A DNA stretch of 64,000 nucleotides from positions 122,088,590 to 122,152,589 of the forward strand of contig NC_068983.1 in assembly GCF_001194135.2 (NCBI RefSeq). Direction: 5' to 3'. Positions within the stretch are counted from its first letter, which is position 1, and the number at the start of each line of letters is the position of its first letter. The stretch is from Octopus bimaculoides (lineage: Eukaryota). Below are positions 12,771-26,500 of the stretch, piece by piece. Both the position numbers and the translations under genes were made by a program. Below the pieces are notes generated by a model, which saw only the letters and a list, made by a program, of their open reading frames with translations, did not search any database and had not been told where the DNA came from.

Positions 12771-15513
12771 ATAACGTCTGGAACAATACGCGATAGTCAC
12801 GAGTGGAGCGTCTTTGATCTATTGGGTAATGGTTAATCTGGAGATAAACAACAAAAAAATGAACAATACCAGATTCAGTTCGAATCATAGCGGTATCGAA
12901 TTTGCCTTTCATTTTCTCTGCCTAAAAACTCTGTCAAAAACTTTAGAATTCTCTTCTCCTTATGACAAATCTATTCTATTTCTTGAACTTTGCTTTTTAC
13001 TTTCCTCTTGGTCGAATAAAATAACTTCCAACCATACTGAGTTTAATTCTACCGTCCACAGCCCACCAATACCAGATTGTCGGAATTTACCGATCGTTAC
13101 CGGATAATGCCGGAACACTCGTACACGAACATACGACAATATTTGCAGGCACCCACATCTTCCAATAATTTAATTTTCCTTATTGATGTTAGGATTGTCT
13201 TCCGAACAGTTTTATGGATAAACAACCTACTTGATTGATAAAAGCAATGATATACACTCTATGATTTCGAGGTGAACTTTATTCATATTCATTATTATTA
13301 CTGAAATGTTAGTCATTCACAAAAATCATCAAAATGTAAGTTTTGCGATATTTGAAGACAATTTTGTAAAAAAATCTTATTCGTAAATGAAGAAATTAAT
13401 TGTATATCATAAACCTTCCCTAGTTTCAGTCAATTTTCATCCTTGATCTTTTCCCTTCATTTACTTAAAGACCAACGTTATTTTATCCTTTGCAACCGAC
13501 CAATTTGTTTTGAAATGGAGTCCCACTTGATTGTTCCTTATGGGTCGTCTCCACAAAAGAATTCAATGAACAGACGAAGACTTTGACATTTTGTGAAAGC
13601 TACCTACTTATTCTATTCTTGTGGGTTGTATTTTTCACAACCTTCATGTTTGATATTCCACTTTAACCACAATCAAACATTGTGTGTATAAGATTGTTGA
13701 TATTCCAAGATGTATGTTAATACTTACTGCTATCACAAATACCGTAATATATATTTGATCAGTCAGTTTACCATCCTTCCTTCCTACTCTGTTTACCTAA
13801 TGCGATTGTTCGATCTGCTTGGAATAGAAACCAGATCTTTCTCAAATCACCCTACTGCATTCGGAAAGGAAGCAATATTGGATAATGTAGTGCTAAATAC
13901 ACTGAGCTTACAAAAAGACTGGTTGTGGCTTGAATATGTTGGATCAGAGCTGATCTGGAGTTGAACAGCTCCAAAAAGAAATGCTTAAACCGTGGTAACA
14001 AACTAAAAAGCTAAGTAACTAATAAAATATGAATTTCAGAGAACAGTTTTCTCTTTAGAATTGTGACCATTAATGTATGTCTTTTATGAATGTCACAGCT
14101 TTGCTTTTATGCCAATAATAATAATAATTAATTCTGGTTTTATTGGCCACAAGGGCTAATATAAATTAAACACATGTAAGTCGATAACTTCTGGAATATT
14201 AATTGTTGTTGTATGGCAACGAACTGACAGAATCGTCTGTCTTCACATTCTGATTTCAGATTACGACGAGGTCAACTTTGCCTTTCATTTTTCGGAGTCG
14301 ATAAAATAAGTACCAGTAGAGTACTGGGGATTAATGTAATTGACTTACTCCCACCTCCGAAATTGCTGGTCTTGTGCCCAAAATTTTGAAACTAATATTA
14401 ATTACTGTTGTGAAAAAAACCACTCATTTGGTTTACTAAATATGCTACGTCTTCATCTTTTATACTAAATACCGATGCCATGTCAACATCAAAGCGCACT
14501 TGGTATTGAATGTCTTTTGCATTCATTACTTCGTTCCGTCATAACAGCTAAATGTAAAACAATAATATACGTGCTGATGGGGAAGCTTCTATGTAGTCTT
14601 CTTCCATTGTAATTACATTAACGTCTTGGATACATTATAAGAATATTAACCGACTGGTATTTTATATCAAATCCCCAAAAGGTTGTATTCAAAGTTGATC
14701 TTCGAGGATTACAACGTGGACATCAAGGGCCATAACTAAATGTTACAAGGCGTTAAGTCTGACGTGATAATTACTGTTAAGATTTGTTCAGAAATAGCAG
14801 ACAGCTTTTCAGATTATACTTTACGCGCCATTAGAAAAGGAAGGATACATTTAATAATATAGTCCAAGATACAATAAATAGATAAAAAAAAAAAAAAAGA
14901 CGGATTATTAGGGGCTTGAGTGTCTTCTTCAGTCACAGGGTTGTTTGATCAGAGCTGTACTTCGATAACTTAGAGACAATCATTTAAGTTTATTGTCCAG
15001 CACTTTCCCCACTAAATTTCCCATTTTCTACCTTAAGACTTATTTTGATCAAACCATATAGAATGAAATGTTACATATGTGAATTCCTTTTTTTTTTTTT
15101 TAAATAAATAGATTATCACAAACTCTTATGGATTTGACTATAAATTTTTATGAATTCAATGTCAACTAAAGTTTGTTTTATATTATAGAATGTGCTGCCT
15201 TCATATTCTAGCATTAAAATAAACGTTTTTCCTTACCCTAGAAGGTCCTAACTTCAATCCAAGAAAATCCCAGAGAACAATTAACAGATATGATTGCCAG
15301 AAATGCACCGCTAAACCCAGTATCCAGTGATGTAATAGTGTTAATAATAATAGATTGATAGATACATTTGTATACATTAGTTCTCTGCATATAAGTCGTG
15401 TAGATTGAACTCCTTTAAGTGTTTGCATAAAAAAAATACAAGTGCACAAATCTTAATAGCTAAAGGTTAATTCCTGTGTTAATGGAGCCAAAACACACAC
15501 ACATGTACATATA

Positions 15514-16672
15514 CAGGGTGCATAAGTTATCTGAAGGTAGATTTATGTTTATTAAAAAACAGATATATAATAACTAATAATAAGTTTATTATCAAAAAAA
15601 TGCTATGAGGATAAAAATAAACCTCCATTTCCTCAACTTCAATAACTGCTTCTATATGAGATCTAAATCATCCACATGCTCAAATCAAGTGGTCCTGGTT
15701 CATTTTGGATATTACTCTGACTATGGTGGCTTTCAAAGAATCTTTGGTGTTATGGGTGTGTTCATTGACACTCAACACATATTAGTCCAGTGGATTGAGA
15801 TCTGGGGAATTAGGAGGCCAAATGCTAGGGATTATGTGATCATGAGAAATTTTCAATCATCCATTTCTGTGTTACTTGAGCCATGCAAGATAGTGCAGTC
15901 TTGCTGAAGCACATATGATATTCCATTGCATACACTGTCTATTCAGGGCTTAATAACTGCTTCCAGGACCTCAATGTAGGTGGCCTTGCTGAGAACCCCT
16001 AAAACCATGACAGTTGCAGGAAATTTTGTATACATAACTCTTGGAACTTCAGAAGAATCTGCATATAACCATCTTCTGTTAACTTTTTGATCTTGGTTGA
16101 AGTTTTTCTCATCTGAGAAAAACCAAATCAAATCTACTGGATTTTTCAGTTTGTCTAAAAGCCTTTTAGATCTGATATAGCAATTTTCTGTAGCTTTTTC
16201 TGATATAAATTGACCTTTCCTCATCATAAAAGACTTATATCTGATGTTTTCATGGACAACATTTCTGATTGTTCCTTCTGACACATGGAGATATTTTGCA
16301 ATTGACCTCATAGATTTTCTGGGATTGTAATCAATGGTCTGTTGAATTTGCTGGATACATTCATGTGTTCTGATGATTTTGGAGCATTTAGAATGTTTTT
16401 TTTATGCTTTGATACGAGTGATATGTTTCCATCTTTAGTTTCTTACTCCTTACAAACTTTGTAGACAAAAGATTTAGTAACTTTTAAAAATCAAGATATT
16501 TCCAAGTCACCATGACCAGCATTAATAGCCATGATAACAGCATGCCTCTTCATTTCTTGAGTAAGCTGAGAGTCTGTCATTATTATTTTGTGAAACAAAG
16601 ATTATATAAAGTTAGCAAAAACTGCAGCAATGACCCCAAAAAGGTATGTCCTCAAATACCTTATGCACCCTG
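15514..16672 (-). mobile_element. Tc1/mariner element, DD37D (maT)-like, decayed
   Basis: TIRs cagggtgcataag / cttatgcaccctg. Transposase motifs WFFSDEKNF, TKFPATVMVLGV, QQD and IWPPNSPDLNPLD on the minus strand, with stops and frameshifts. Confidence 0.88.
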
Positions 16673-16814
16673 CATATTCATTTTTGCTTTATATATTTTT
16701 CCGGGTAGTTCAATATATGAATACATTTTGAGTCCTACTGACATTTCAAATATTTTATTTTTTCTGATATATTTTTCAGTTATAAGTTCTCCAATTCTGA
16801 GTAAGTAACATAGA

Positions 16815-17561
16815 ATGGTAGATTGGCTTCACTGCAACCTATGTTTCAACCAGCCTGGCAATGGTATTAAATTTTCTCTCACCAGCTGTGGGCATATTTA
16901 CTGTGAGAAGTGTTTAAATGAAGGTAAGCAGCTTTGTGGTTTTTGTACAAGAACCATCATCATTTAGATTTTTTTTTTTTTATTTAAATGTAATTTAAAA
17001 ATAACAACGGCTTAAAAAATGAATAAAAACTTTGGAAATGATTTGGTTACAGGTTCACAGCCGACATATCTGTGATACAGATATGCAGACTTCATTTCTA
17101 AGTAAATTAACTTGGAAATATGTGTAGCTAGACTTATCAAATTTATTGCATTTTTATTAACTCTAATTTTCTCAAATTATCTCATTGAAATAAACCTGCA
17201 ATATACTATTCTCATCTATTCAAGGGAACTACTTCTCATTGAATTTATACCATGTAATTGGAATAAACCCTTAATCAACAAGCCACTGTGGCTCTCAAAA
17301 ATTGATATTCTGTTTCTCTGCAGCTCAACATCTTGATCTTGTATGTGCTTATTGTATTTTTATCACCAAAACATAAAGGAACCCAGTCTACACTTGAAGT
17401 ATACTGATCTAAAAATAGCTTATAACAAGTTTGTTTATATTAAATATTACTTTTCTAATTTAGAAAAGTAACTCCGAGATTTGAATTATTTGTCATATTA
17501 AAATGATAAATATATTTCTTTAAATAAATATGCGTGCACACACACACACACACACACATGT

Positions 17562-17592
<31 letters not shown>

Positions 17593-20500
17593 TAATGTCA
17601 ATGTGAATACCCGTCAGAGTGTAAGTATCTTGAGAGAAAAGCTGAACATTAGAAGCATCAGTTGTGGCGTGCAAGAGAGACGATTGCGCTGGTATGGACA
17701 TGTGGTGAGAATGGAGGAGGATAGCTGCGTGAAAAAGTGCCACACCCTAACAGTTGAGGGAACCCGTGGAAGAGGTAGGCCCAGGAAGACCTGGGCTGAG
17801 GTGGTGAGGCAAGACCTTCGTACATTGGGCCTCACCGAGGCGATGACTACGGACCGAGNNNNNNNNNNNNNNNNNNNNNNNNNNNNNNNNNNNNNNNNNN
17901 NNNNNNNNNNNNNNNNNNNNNNNNNNNNNNNNNNNNNNNNNNNNNNNNNNNNNNNNNNNNNNNNNNNNNNNNNNNNNNNNNNNNNNNNNNNNNNNNNNNN
18001 NNNNNNNNNNNNNNNNNNNNNNNNNNNNNNNNNNNNNNNNNNNNNNNNNNNNNNNNNNNNNNNNNNNNNNNNNNCATTTTGAGCGTGGCCGTTGCCAGTA
18101 CCGCCTGACTGGCTCCTGTAGGATTTTCGAGCGAGATCGTTGCCAGTGCCCCTGGACTGGCTTGTGCGGGTGGCACATAAAAGACACCATTTCGAGCGTG
18201 GCCGTTTTCGTGCGGGTGACACGTAAAAGCACCCACTACACTCTCTGAGTGGTTGGCGTTAGGAAGGGCATCCAGCTGTAGAAACTCTGCCAAATCAGAC
18301 TGGAGCCTGGTGTTGCCATCCGGTTTCACCAGTCCTCAGTCAAATCGTCCAACCCATGCTAGCATGGAAAGCGGACGTTAAACGATGATGATGATGATGA
18401 TGATGATATATATATATATTGTAACTTAGGAGTTTTGCACATTCTTTTTTATTCTTTACAGGGACAAGAGAAAACTGCAAAATGTGCAAAGCAGTGTGCA
18501 ACAGTATTCTATTAACAGGAAAGGTTTGAATGAAATTACAATTTTCAGCACTGTTTTCCTTCTTAGTTAAATATGTTTATATTTTTGTATATAATTCAAA
18601 ATAAATTATGCAATTGTTTTAAGAAGGAGAGAGAGAGAGAGAGAGAGAGTAAATTCCCAGTAAACCAAGCCCACAAAACAGTTTTTGTTCTTAACTGAAG
18701 TCATTTCATCTTATTAGGCATACCTTTCTTTCATTGGACACTAAACTCTGCTTGCGAAGACCTGTTGAGGCAAGTGAAATCGAAATCAAAATCGATGACA
18801 GTGCCGCATGACTGGCATCCGTGCTAGTGGAGCGCTAAGAGCACCATCCGAGCATGATTGTTGCCAGGGCCGCTAACTGGCCCCTCTGCTGGTGGCACAT
18901 AAAAAGCACCATTCGAGCGTGATCGTTACTGGCACTTGTGCCGGTGGTACATGAAAAACAACGTTCGAGCGAGGATGTTGCCAGTGCCACTGTACTAGCC
19001 CTCGTACTAGTGGCACGTAAAAGTACCCACTACACTCTCGGAGTGGTTGGTGTTAGGAAGGGCATCCAGCTGTAGAAACTCTGCCAGATCAGACTGGAGC
19101 CTGGTGCAGCCATCTTGCTCACCAGTCCCCAGTCAAACCGTCCAACCCATGCCAGCATGGAAAGCAGATGTTAAACGATGATGATGAATATTTCTGCCAA
19201 AGGTATAAATATTAACAATATGTTACAACCCACCTCTTTTCAAGGTTTCATGTATTGGGTTGGCAACTAAGTTTTTTTAAATTTAAATTTTTTAAAAGGC
19301 TTAATAAAGAATATCAACTAATTAATCAATAATGTATTCACCCTTGTTTACAACTTCTTCCCAACGTTCAACAAGATACTCAATTTCGACTTGAAAAATT
19401 GATCCAACCAAGCTCTCAATTCTGCATCAGTACTGGACGAAACTTTGTGCATAACATTTGAAAGAGTTCGAAAGAGGTGGAAATCCATTGGTGCCAAATC
19501 AGGAGAGTACGGTGGGTGTGGTAGCACTTCTCAATCATGTGTGTGAAGATGCTTCTCTATAGCAGTGTGAGAGCATTCAATTTTCTCTGCCAGTTCCCTT
19601 GTCGTTTGACGAGAATTTTCATGCAAAATTTGGTTTAACCGCTCTTCATTGAACTCAACTGGACGGCCAGAACAAGGTGCATCTTTGAGGTCAAAATTTC
19701 CATTTTTGAAATTGGCATACCAATCACAAGTGGTTCTTTCAGCTATGGCACCCTCTCCATACACAGCACAAATGTCGCGAGCAGCTTTTGCGGCCTTAGA
19801 ACCTTGATTAAAAGCAAAAAGATGAAAGTGTCGAAAATCCTCGTTTTTCTTAACTTGACATTCCATTTTAATGATCTGAAAATAAACAAAAATTAACTAA
19901 AATTAACTAGAAAAAAACAAAATAGATTCCAAAATGATTCAAAACTAGAATTCTCGAAAAAATAGATTCCAAAATTTAAAAACGCAATAAATTCCAAAAT
20001 TTAAAAAAATGGCAGGAACTTAGTTGCAAACCCAATATGTAAGTTTGGCTATAGTCATTACTTTGAAGATTCCCTATGTGATGATACTATGATATCCTAT
20101 AAAAAGACAAAGTTTTCAAAGCTGCCCCAATATTTAGTGCTTCATAAGTATAGATGCTTGTCTATATATAATCTTTAGTAGGATTTGTCAAGGAGTTAAA
20201 ACAGATGTTTGAAATGTAGAAACATGAACTGAAATATCTAATGGTTATCATGACAAGAACTAAAGTGCTTCTTAGTAAGAGAAAGCACAAATCCCTCTTC
20301 CCTCTAAAAATTGGCTTTGCTTTGTATGAAGGAAAAGAGAATGTTGGAACTCAATAATGTGTACTCAGTGCAAGCAAGGTTTATAAACAAGGTACAGTGG
20401 GCTCTCTGGCAGGCTGACAGAACTTTAGATGTACAAGAACAGTTATCAATAGAGCCTCTCATGGAATGACATTATTAAGGAGCTGCTTTGATAATTCAAG

Positions 20501-23500
20501 AGATGTAATTGAAAGTTTCTGTTATCTAGGTGATCTAATTAGTGTTGGCAGTGACTGTGGGAAAACATTAATGTCAGAAAAAAAAGGAGAGATGAAAGAA
20601 GTTCAGAGAGCTGTTACCCAGATGGTAACAAAAGTTTCTCCCGTTATTCTAAAAGCAAACTAAGAAATATACATCAGAAATATGATGCTGCTTGGAAGTG
20701 ACACATATGCACTACATGTAGAAAATCTGAGGAGAAATGAGGCAGGCACTATTCTTTGTATAAATATTAATCTGTGTAAAGGTGGTGAGCTTGTAAAATC
20801 ATTAGCATGCTGGACAAAATGCTTACTCTTTTACTGTTTTACTTGTTTCAGTCATTTGACTGCGGCCATGCTGGTGCACCACCTTTAGTCGAGCAAATCG
20901 ACCCTGGGACTTTTTCTTTGTAAGCCTAGTACTTATTCTATCGGTCTCTTTTGCCGAACCGCTAAGTGACGGGAACATAAACACACCAGCATCAGTTGTC
21001 AAACAATGCTAGGGGGACAAACACAGACACACAAACATATACATATATACATATATACGATGGGCTTCTTTCAGTTTCTGTCTACCAAATCCACTCAGAA
21101 GGCTTTGGTCGGCCCGAGGCTATAGTAGAAGACACTTGCCCAAGGTGCCACGCAGTGGGACTGAACCCGGAACCATGTGGCTGGTAAGCAAGCTATTTAC
21201 CACACAGCCACTCCTGCACCTAGTGATATTTCATCTATCTTTATTTTTTGAGTTCAAATTCTGCCAAGATCAACTTTGCCTTTCATCCTTTCAGGGTCAA
21301 TAAAATAAATACTACTTGAACATTGAAGTTGATTTGAAATAGATGGCCTTGTACCATAATTTGAAACCAGTATTAATCTGATTTAAACACAATTAATTTT
21401 AGGGTGGTTAAAGGCATTAAATTAATAGATGCAAGAAGTCAACTAATTTCATTGGACATGATGTAAATAAAAAATAAGTGTGGGCTAAAAGCAGTTGGTT
21501 TTTTTTATAAAAAGTTTAATCTTGTTATTTCTGATGTTTATTCACACTGATGCAATTAGTATATTCTTCAGTAAACTTCAGCTGTCATATTTTTACATAT
21601 CTACATGACATTCATTTGGTATTGGATACTGTGAAGGTGCATAACCTCATGGTTAATGTTTTGGACTTATGGTCTTAATTATGGTTTCACTTCCTAGACC
21701 AGGTAACACATTGTGTTCTTGAGTAAGTCACTTCATTTCATGTCACTCTCATCCACTCACCTGCAAATAAATACCAGTAGTAACTAGGGGTTAACACTGC
21801 AACAGATTGGCATTCTATTTAAAGGGTGGGTATTATACTCTTGGCTACTTACACGCCATTGTAACTGGACTAAACTCTAGCCTAATGACCTAACTGGTTT
21901 TTGAAACATTTTTTTAATTTTTGAAACATTTTTTTATTTTTGAAACATTTTTATCATCTTTTAGATGTCTTGCATTTGACATCAATCATGAATTCGAAGA
22001 ATGTCTAGTGATACCTCAGATCTTTAAAGAGTGACTATGATTGAAAGAATTATTACTGGTGCATAGCTGCTTGAGATTAAACTCCATAGCTTTAAATTGA
22101 GTAAGAAATACTTCTCTGTTTAGTTCAGTTTAGCAAAATAGATACTAGTACGTCAAAGAAATTAACTTACTAGTATTCTTATTCAGTGAGAAGAAAACTC
22201 AAAACTGAAAATGTAACTTGTAAAACCACCCACTTCTAGATACAAACTAGTATACAGCTGTCATGTCTGTAATTTACATTTGTTGCTGTATAAATATAGT
22301 ATAAATCTTTTGGTGGTAAGTTTGTGCTCACAATCATTGCTTATTTGTCATGGCTTTTCAGATGAAACCTGATGTTGAGATATTTTTCGGAGATCCATTT
22401 GAACTGATAAAGAAACAAAACAGACAACTGATACAGGTAATTTCTCAGGTTCTTGTAATTACTATTATTGATTTCTTCATATTCCACATGGAATATTCTA
22501 TATAATTCTTACAATATTTGATCAATATACTTATCTGGTTTTTAACATAGTTTAATTTTGCTAAAAAAAAAATGCTAAGTAGAAAATAGAAGTAAAAGCT
22601 GATGTTATAGTGTATCATATGTAAAAACTATTTTGTAGGTCTTTGAATTTCAGAAAAATCACAGACGAAGATTTATGAACTATTTAAGAGATAAGGCAAG
22701 TAATTTTTTCCATTCAGAATTTTCATTTTCTTCTTTTAATATTATTGTTATTATTAATGTTGATGTTATTCTTATTAAAGGGAAGTGAATGACATAATCA
22801 GTAGAGCACCAGACAAAATACCTTGTGGTATTTTGTTCTGAGTTCAAATCCTGCTATGGTTGACTTTGCCTTTCATCGTTCTAAGGTTAATAAAATAAAT
22901 TTCAGTTAATAACTGGTTTTGGTATAATTGACTATTCTCTATCCCCAAATGCTGTGGCCTTCTACCATTTTCAGAAATCATTAATATTTTTGTTAATTCT
23001 TTTATTACTTAGACAAAAAGAATTCTATTGTTATTTCTATAGCAATAAATTTATTAATTTGATATCACTTGCATTTTTTTTGGTTTACTGTGTTATCTCA
23101 AAATTGAAGATCTGTGTCCATAGATTTGCTCACTGCTAGAGAAGGACTGGATTTGTAGCAATTAGAAATGTTATTGAACCATGTAGAAATTATATTCATT
23201 AATGTCATATCTAGCAACATCATATAGCATCAGATTTGCTGTGCTTTCATAGATTTACCAGTTTATCTGATATGAAAGGTAAGGAACTGAAAAATTACAT
23301 TCTTCACTTATCACTACAATTTAAGTTAACAAATTATTTTACAAACATTCCTATGGTCTAATTGTTTCTAACCTGGCAGTGTCATTGGATTACAGATTTT
23401 ATCCCTACATTTTACACCTACATCTGGCACATAAAAGACACCATTTCGAGCATGGCCGTTTTCGTGCAGGTGACACGTAAAAGCACCCACTACACTCTCT

Positions 23501-26500
23501 GAGTGGTTGGCGTTAGGAAGGGCATCCAGCTGTAGAAACTCTGCCAAATTGGATTGGAGCCTGGTGTTGCCATCCGGTTTCACCAGTCCTCAGTCAAATC
23601 GTCCAACCCATGCTAGCATGGAAAGCAGACGTTAAACGACGACGATGATGATGATGATGATCTCAAAACTGAAAATGTAAATGTCATCTAGAGTCCCCTG
23701 GGTTTTGAGCCAACCCTAATTTTTCATCCTAATTTCATAGTGCAGAGTGGACAACATGGTTAACTGAGATTTAGAATTAAATGTCATGTCTTGAATTATG
23801 AGATGCCAGCTGTGTCTCCTCAAATACCTACCCTTCTAGGCTATTTCACCTTTTTAGCTTTATAAATGAAAAGAACCAAGATTTTCTGGCTCTCTTTGTG
23901 TTCTCACTATTTCACACCCTTATTTTTCTATTGGCAATAGCCATACGCTTTTTAGAAACTGACATTTTTTAAGCAAGTAGATTTAGAGATATATGTCCTT
24001 ACTGCTAACCATTCAACTTTGAAGGATGAGTTGAAAGATTCTGTTGATGGATATACCACAATAACTTAGCAAGATTTAAACTTTTAGTCTCCTCAGTAGT
24101 CTAGCCTGTTAACCTAACAGCTATGTTTCAGTAGGAAAATATATTGTCTGATGCTATATTTAGAAGAGAAAAGTTGTTCATATTATTCTGCACAATCAAC
24201 TCTCATCAAGCGGTTTTATGATCAAAGGTAACATTTCTCTCTCATATTTGGACACAGTCTGTCTAATGTATCAGTCTTTTTAAGATGATAGGTTGTTATT
24301 TAAAGGAGATTTGCTGGTGTTTCTTGCAGATTGTGCAGTCATGCTCTCTGTTGGCTTCTGTGCAAGTCATTTTATATGATTGAGAAGAGGAAGGGATAAG
24401 TCTGAGTGTCACCTTCAAAAGTATATTTGACACCTATCTCTCAATATGTTATTTCAACTGACTTCACCTCAAAGATAACAAAATTTAACATTATATAAGT
24501 CTTGATGTAAACAAAAATACTATATTGATGTGTAGTTACTATAAACAGACCATTAATTGATGGAATCTTTTCTTTCTTTTTTTTGCTAGGTGAACAAACA
24601 AAATGCTTACATCAAACAAATCAATCAAGCTCTTCAAGTGAGGCAAGAACTTCAAAAGTATGTAACACTGACTCTTTTAGAAACATTTTCATAATGTACA
24701 GAGTTCTTCCCTTTTCTTTTAATATTTTATGTCCATTTTATGGTATTAGGAAGGACATCCAGCTGTAAAACCATGCCAAAACAGACAGTGGAACTTGGTG
24801 CAGTACTCTGGCTTGCCAGCTCCTGTCAAGTTGTCCAAACCATGCCAACAAGGAAGACAGACGTTAAATGATGATGACAATGACAACAATAATTGAATGA
24901 ATGAATGAATGAAATAGTCTTCACAAATTTATTTTTTTGTAGCAATTATTTGTACAATTAGATGATGTTCTCTTCTGTTCTAACCACTAAACTGTAAAGG
25001 AAGAGTGGAACCTGTTTGCGAGTCAGGTTGGAGAGAGATTGGCTCCAAAATGTCAATCTGTTCTACATCTAAAATGCACTGCAGCCAAGAAGATTGAGTA
25101 GTAATGTGTAATTTTTTATAGCAAATTCAAGCAACATGATGTTATGAGAATGGTCTAATTAATGCTTTTGATGATACTGTGGATCTTGGTAAATTAAGAT
25201 GATATTCCTCTGTAAAATGCAGATTTTCAGGTCCACAGTAAGTGCAATTGTGGAAGTTAACTGAGGTATTTAATTTAAGTATAACCTCATCACTCCAACA
25301 AATTTTGTTGGAAAGTGTGCATCTTCTACACATCTTGCCAAGTACCACTCACAAATCTCCACTCTTTGGTCCGGATCATCTTCATTGGGAGCACGGACTA
25401 TTCTTAGAATATAACATTTTAATGCAATGGACACTTAATTTTGAAATTTCTGTCTCGTAATTTATAGCAAAGATTTCTAGCAACACATTTTTGGAACCCT
25501 TTATTGTTTTGTGGAGTTCATCAATGTCTGCAGTCTTCTGGAACATTTCTTGTAGACATTCTGAAAAGTTCCATCTTGTTTAAACTTATCTCTAATTTGT
25601 GTTAGTAACATGAGACTAAGCAGTGTATTTCATATGAGTTTAGCTAGGTGAGGCAAGGGAATCACTCTCCTGTGGGTTGGTAACATGAGACTAAGGGGTC
25701 GATTTTGTAAGGGTTATTTGCCAAAGACTAAGGGAACATTTTTATGTAAATTAGTCACATGTGACTATAAGGCTAATCATGTTGGTTGGTAAGATGAGAC
25801 AAAATGGTCTTTCTCATGTTGGTTATATGAAATCAAAAGGTCTGTTTCATGTTGGTTGATTACAAAGGATTAAGAAGATAGTTTGAAATGGGTTGCAAGT
25901 GAAAGGGTTCATCATATTTGCTACAATATATAATCACACAACATTCATCTCCTTATATCTATCAATCAATATTTCTGCTATTTACTAACTGATTCTGGTC
26001 TTGTTTAAATGTCAGTCTCCTATTTATTACTATTCAAAACAAAATTTTAATTTGAAGATGAAAAAACAGTCCTTTGTCTCAGACTGATAATATCAATGCA
26101 GCTTAATTTCTGCAGATTTATATTTGCAAGGAAAACATAGGCAGGGAAAATGTTCCAGTGGGGTTTAGTTCTGTGGATAACTTTTGGGGTGAACTATTTA
26201 GTATGATGTTGTATGAGGAAAGAGATACAGTACATTAGTATGCTGGTGATTGTAACGTGTTTGTGAGTGAAGTGTAGAAAATATTCTATAAATCATGAAA
26301 ATATTCTTATATATGGTAAATCCATTTCAGGGAGATCAGCAAACTAAAGGAAGAAAATCTTTATTTGAAGCGGTTAATCTCAGAAAAGGTAACTGTTACT
26401 ATGTTCCATATCTGTTTCTCAACCATTTTTTACTTATGGACTCCTTTGATTCCTATTTTACTCAGATGGATCTTCGTAGCCATTCAATGATTAAAAAAAT

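Noticed and set aside
17847-18329. Recurrent minus-strand '[35 protein letters not shown]' peptides at many loci
   Set aside because: Antisense translation of the RTE 3' UTR; the recurrence reflects repeat copy number, not a protein family.
22198-23680. 19-bp exact direct repeat ctcaaaactgaaaatgtaa at 22198-22216 and 23662-23680, the second right after an RTE tail
   Set aside because: It cannot be a TSD because RNF212 exons lie between the copies. It is short and AT-rich, so chance or a tiny templated patch cannot be distinguished.
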